Of a DNA stretch of 64,000 bases, positions 59,244-64,000 are shown in pieces. The stretch is from Entomortierella parvispora E1425. Lineage: Eukaryota; Fungi; Mortierellomycota. The translations under genes and the position numbers were made by a program. How positions within the stretch are numbered: the first letter of the stretch is position 1; each line of letters starts with the position of its first letter. Location: assembly GCA_020891255.1 (NCBI GenBank), contig BQFW01000014.1:62001-126000 (forward strand), written 5' to 3'. The notes under the pieces are model-generated. The model had not been told where the DNA came from. It did no database searches and was given only the letters and a program-made list of their open reading frames with translations.

Positions 59244-62200
59244 TCAACACACTCTTGACGAGGACGAGGAGGCTGCCCCATTCTTCAAAGCTGCCGCCGC
59301 CTTTTCTTCCCTATCCAACGTCCGCATCTTCTCTTTATCCACCTGGTGCTGCCTGGCACTGATGGGTTCCAAGCCCTGCTCTTCTTGCAGCTGTCTTTGG
59401 ACCACATACGCTGCCCACTCTTGCTGTTCTTGTTCGAGACTGACCCATCGAGCACCGAATCGACCAAATCGAAGGATCCGACCAAAAATCCGACTGTGGA
59501 AGAACTCGCCCGGGATCGAGGGCAGGAGCCGATCACGGATACCCGTCCTCACAAACAAGGTGACCAGGAAACCAAGCGCAACTCCGGCCAGGATCCAATG
59601 CAGGTTGATAATGTATACATAAGTGTTGTGGATCGTGTAGCCACTCTCAAGCAGATGATTGTAGACGGCGGTAAAGAGCAAACCGGCTCCGACACTGGAG
59701 AGACTCCAGGAGGTCAAGATCACTCCATGGAGGGGTCCAATGTTCGAGGGTCCAAACATATCACAGAGAAAGGCGGGGATGCACCCAAAGCCACCTCCAT
59801 AGCAGGCCGTCATGATCCAGACCGTCATCAGGAAGGCCCAATTGGTGCCCGCTTTCATGATCACTGGCAAGCAAGCCAGGATGATCACCTGGGACCCAAG
59901 CATTATCATGTACGAGTTCTTGCGACCGATCCTATCCGAGAGCGAGGCAAAGACCAAGCGCCCTACAAGATTGAATCCACCGTTGATGGAGACGATCGTC
60001 GAGGCCGAGTCCTTGCTGTGGCCAAAAATATCGGTCGCGATGTTGGCCAGACGCGAGATAATCACCACACCGGCCATGGTATTGCCCAAAAACATGATGT
60101 ACATCAAACGGAACTCGCGCGAGTAGAATGCGTCCATCAGACTGATGGACACACTAGGATCGTAACCAGTCCTCGCGGCGGCCGACCGGGTGGAGTTTCG
60201 ACGAGACGTGTTCATGGACATGGCCGCAGAGGGGACGACAGTGGCGGTGATAGAGATAGGGGAAATGGGAGACATGGCTGCATCATCCATGCTCTTGCGA
60301 GGCCCGGACTGTTGGAGTGGGTGGAGAGGGTGGAGAGTTTGGTAGTTGTCCTTGGTGTTGACGCCAGCACCCACGCAGGCAGTGGCACCAGAGGTTGCAA
60401 ACATACTGGATGGATCCGCAGACATGGACTTTAAACCTGCATCATGGGTCTTGACGCTGTGCAACTCACAGTCATCTTCTTCGTCATCGTCATCCACGGG
60501 CACAGCCCAAACATCGAGACCGTTGACGACATAGCCTGGTGGCGGCACGCGAAAGACGAGCGAGCACAGGACCATGACGGCAAAATAAGAGCACCCCAAG
60601 ATCACAAACGTCAAGGGCAGGCCCACAGCAGCTGACAGGGGATCTGGGATCTTGGCCAATGCAATGGAGCCCGCTCCGAAGCCACTGACGGCCAAGCCAG
60701 CGGCCACACCACGACGGTCAGGGAACCACTTTTGCAGAGCGGAGACGGGTGAGATGTAGGAGATGCCCAGACCGAGACCACCAAAGATACCATAGCCGAC
60801 ATAGACCAAGCTGATATACTTGACATGGATACCCACAGCCGTGATGAGATTGCCGACGAGGATAAGCATCGCCCCCAGGAGTCCGGCCTTGCGAGGTCCG
60901 TGACGCTCGAGCCAGGGACCCATGATGGAAGAGGAGACTCCAAAGCATCCTACAAAAGAATATCGGACGGGAATGTTTTGCTGTTAGCGACAAGGGGGAT
61001 CTACCCGAAAGCCAACTAAAAACGAGGGTGCCCCAAGCTCCTTGAAGTGTTTGAGCATGGGGGTGATTGCGGAAAAAAAAAGGTATATGGGATCAAACGG
61101 CTATGTGGCCTGTCTGTGAAGGAGTGCAGGGGAGGTCCAAGGGGTGCTGCGGGGTGAAGAACCGTGTCATTGGGCATGAGCACATCTGCCTTTCTGTTTT
61201 CAGTGGATCTGAGGTGTACCCAATCATTCGCTCGAGGCGACTCATGAGAGATCAACCTCCCTCCCCCTCTTTCCTTGTCCTATCCTCACTCGACTCTGCC
61301 ACCACTGTGCCTTGTTTTGTTTGGTTGTTTTCTCCTTACCTAGGGCTACGTAGAACGTAATAGCGGCCATGTGCACTGTCGTAGGGACGCCATCCCCAAC
61401 GCTGTAGAGCGCGTTGTCAATTAAATTGTTGAACACAGACCCTATTTTGGTTGAGCAGTGGGGGACGCGATTTTTTTTTTAGCAAACGATTCCCCATGGA
61501 CAAGGGGTCCTCACAAAAAGCATTGCAAGGCAACCTAGACACCTACAGGCATAGAGCGTCCCACAAACACCCTGGAAAAAGAACGCGGCTGGAAGGAAGA
61601 TCCACCGATTAAATTTGATCTTGCCAATGAGATACTTTTCCCTTTCCAATTGCTCGTCCGACCGAACATGGTCCACCTGACTGAAATGTCGGTGGATCAT
61701 TCTCGAGATGCCATCAAAGGACTTGTAATCAGCTGCCTCGACCGTTGAGCAGATGGACGTTGTTAGGGCACTGTTGGTAGGTCGCTTCTTATCCGGGTTA
61801 AAGATGTCAGGATGGAGATGCTGGTGTAGATGATGTTGTTGTGGCTGTTGTTGTGGTGTCGGGTGGTGGTGATGGTTAAAATCCTTCTCAGAAACGTCGT
61901 CATGTACCCCGCCCCCTTGTCCACGGCCCTTGGTCGGTGTAGTGGGTCGAAGATTTGTCAGGTTCTGTGTGTGCAGTCGATCCAGGCTGGGGAGGTTCTT
62001 GATGCGCCGGCTTTTGGTGCTCTCTTCCGGGCTGTTGTTGTTGGTCCTGCCCTCCACACTGGCATCCACCTCTTGAAGGTATTGGCCATTGGAGATGCTG
62101 TAGCTGGCGTGGAGGTGATCGTGGTTATTGTCCATCATGTAAAGACCTTTCCCGCTCTGTGAGAGTGGATGGGGGCGATGAAAGGATGAACTACTATCGT

Positions 62201-62330
62201 TGGTTGGGAAGCTGTTAGTGCTTTGACTACCAGTGCGAGAGTACTCAAGCGTGCTGCTGCTATCGCTTCCACTGCGATGGTTCTGTAAGCTCTCGTTGGC
62301 GCCCAGTGACGATGTGAAAAAAAAGTGCAT
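59244..62330 (-). CDS. MFS transporter, oxalate:formate antiporter (OFA)/YhjX-like; exons 62330-61547, 61441-61340, 60949-59244
   Basis: RWIFLPAAFFFQGVCGTLYA|WSVFN; YGIFGGLGLGISYISPVSALQKWFPDRRGVAAGLAVSGFGAGS; FNLVGRLVFASLSDRIGRK; CYGGGFGCIPAFLCDMFG..NIGPLHG. Exon phases check (784/102/1706). Confidence 0.87.
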
Positions 62331-64000
62331 ATCAAAGTTGATTCGAAGTGCGAAAAGTGTTGGCAACACCGGCTGAACAGAGTAGGAGAGGAGGGTAAGG
62401 TGATGCGATCGTAATCGTGGTGTTTGATAATGGGGTAATGGGGATGGTAGTAGGGGACCCTGTCGGGCAAGCGAGAAGAAGGTTGCGAGAAAAGGGAGCA
62501 AGAGAAAAGGTGTAATGAGAATGCGAAATATGAGATGGTGATGTGGAGATAATGCAGGTGGGAGAAGGCGTGGTCAGGGCTGATGGAAGGGGTGTGGCGT
62601 GGCAGAACTGAGAGCAAGAAGACTGTGAATGGAAGGATGGGCCAGTTGGATACCTTGTAATTAGGAATTAGAGAGTGAACTGTCTGTACGGATCTGCGAC
62701 AGTGGTGTTGGAGGATAAGTGACAAAGGTGACGAGGGCAATGAGCGACGATGGGGACAATGATGTAGTTGAAAACAAAAGATGGATGAGGTATTAGAGGG
62801 GAAGAGGATGCTGGAAAATTAGAGGACAGGAGAGGGGACGAGGAGCAAGAAGAGAAGGAAGAAAAGCAAGAAGAAAAGAAAGAAGGGAGGAAAGGGAAAA
62901 GCATTACGATTTATTTTTTCGGAGGTCGCGTTGGTCAGACTGGCCTTTGGCAGTCGGCAAGGATCGCGTTATCTTCGTCTCGAGTGTTTTGTATGTCCCG
63001 TCTATCGGCAGAGACGCGTTTGTTTTAAGTTGGATTGCTTTGGAGAGGGATGTTGTCAACTGGGATGGATCGTTTGATGTTGCCTGTTGGCATGTCGATA
63101 GAAAGGACCACGATGAACACGGCGTGTGCATATTAGGACGTCGATGAGCAGCGCCGGATAATAACCGTGTGGGGCGGCTGGACTTGTGTGCGTTTGTGAA
63201 TGTAGCAATTGTGGAACAAAGGCTAAAGGATTGACTTGGGCGGATCCCTTGCTCAATGGCTGGGGAGGCCTCTTGGCCACGAGATGGGGCGGCTTGTTGG
63301 TTCCCTCGTTCCAACACAACGTAGAGACAAGGAAGGAAAGAGAGCTAAAAATATGGGTCATGACAGCCAATGCATTAGACGGGTCAACCAAGTAGAAAAG
63401 CCATGAAGGCATGGACCCATCGGATGATAATTTCCCTCGACAAAGAGGGGGGGGGGGGAGAGAGAAATAGACACGACAACAACAACACACACACTTTCAC
63501 GGGCAGACGGCGTTGTGAAGTACACGTCCAGTCAGCCAGCAAACAAGTAACATCAACACAGCTAAAATACAGACACAAAATAACATTGACCTGGGCGACG
63601 CCTAATAGGAACCTTACCCAAACCTCCCAGGAGAATGGGTTGATGGAACCAAGGGGGTGCAGCTTTGCTATTAAAATGAGGAGAGTGGAGAATTATAAAA
63701 AAAAAGGGCGGGATAAAGAGAGTGGAGACAAAGCGACAAGTGGGCAATCCGCCCCATGTCGCTCTTGTCGTGGCTCTTGCAGACAGAGAGGAGGTCTTTA
63801 TCCTGGCCCACCTGGGCGGATTCAAGGAAGAGGTTCACCCGACAAGCGAGCCTGACAACGCGACGCTCTGTCGAAGGGCTGTGTCCGTGCGTGCATCTAT
63901 CTCTCATCGTTGGAGATGGATAGCTAGAAGGAAGGTGTTGATCGCCGTGCAATGCTCGGTAACGGGAATGCGAAATGATATCCTGTGTCGATGCGCAACT

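Noticed and set aside
58604-59250. Upstream third of the 1149-aa ORF and the overlapping 396-aa ORF
   Set aside because: CT-repeat UTR/promoter sequence; F-box homology starts only downstream.
59346-60434. 362-aa plus-strand ORF antisense to the MFS gene (and similar antisense ORFs over SNU114, VTC4, FRE and BCAS3)
   Set aside because: Shadow ORFs expected from GC-rich codon usage on the opposite strand; no motifs.
1480-61546. U12-type (GTATCCTT/ATATCCTT) introns or intronic C/D snoRNAs in the long introns
   Set aside because: All donors I traced were U2-type, and I saw no convincing C box-D box pair with terminal stem in the SUR2 or VTC4 long introns. An Infernal scan would be needed to exclude them.
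1249-62330. Biosynthetic or functional gene cluster
   Set aside because: The genes are unrelated housekeeping functions (splicing, ribosome biogenesis, polyP, proline, sphingolipid) with no core synthase.

Overview
Eukaryotic, intron-rich fungal DNA of roughly 50% GC with many poly-A/T and microsatellite tracts. The gene content (F-box-like/LRR paralogues, BCAS3, VTC4, intron style) suggests an early-diverging fungus such as Mortierellaceae; this is an inference. I reconstruct about 17 protein-coding genes by hand-splicing: SUR2, an orphan 7TM protein, an NMNAT-like gene with a 1,069-nt intron, VTC4, SNU114, a 4-finger CreA/Mig1-like factor, UTP4, BCAS3, two F-box-like/LRR proteins, an alpha/beta-hydrolase-tyrosine-phosphatase fusion, an AKR7-like reductase, PRO1, a ferric/cupric reductase and an OFA-type MFS transporter. 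There are also two tRNA genes (Arg-ACG, Lys-CTT) and a rearranged L1/Tx1-like LINE remnant just upstream of tRNA-Lys. The leading observations are: (i) phased CACGTG E-box clusters upstream of both tRNA genes and of the ribosome-biogenesis gene UTP4; (ii) the tail-to-tail ORF1/ORF2 LINE fragment beside a tRNA; (iii) the hydrolase-phosphatase fusion joined inside one exon; (iv) a CreA-type plus Nrg1-type tandem zinc-finger repressor. Most long ORFs in the six-frame track outside these genes are low-complexity artefacts. No database searches were run, so all novelty claims are untested.
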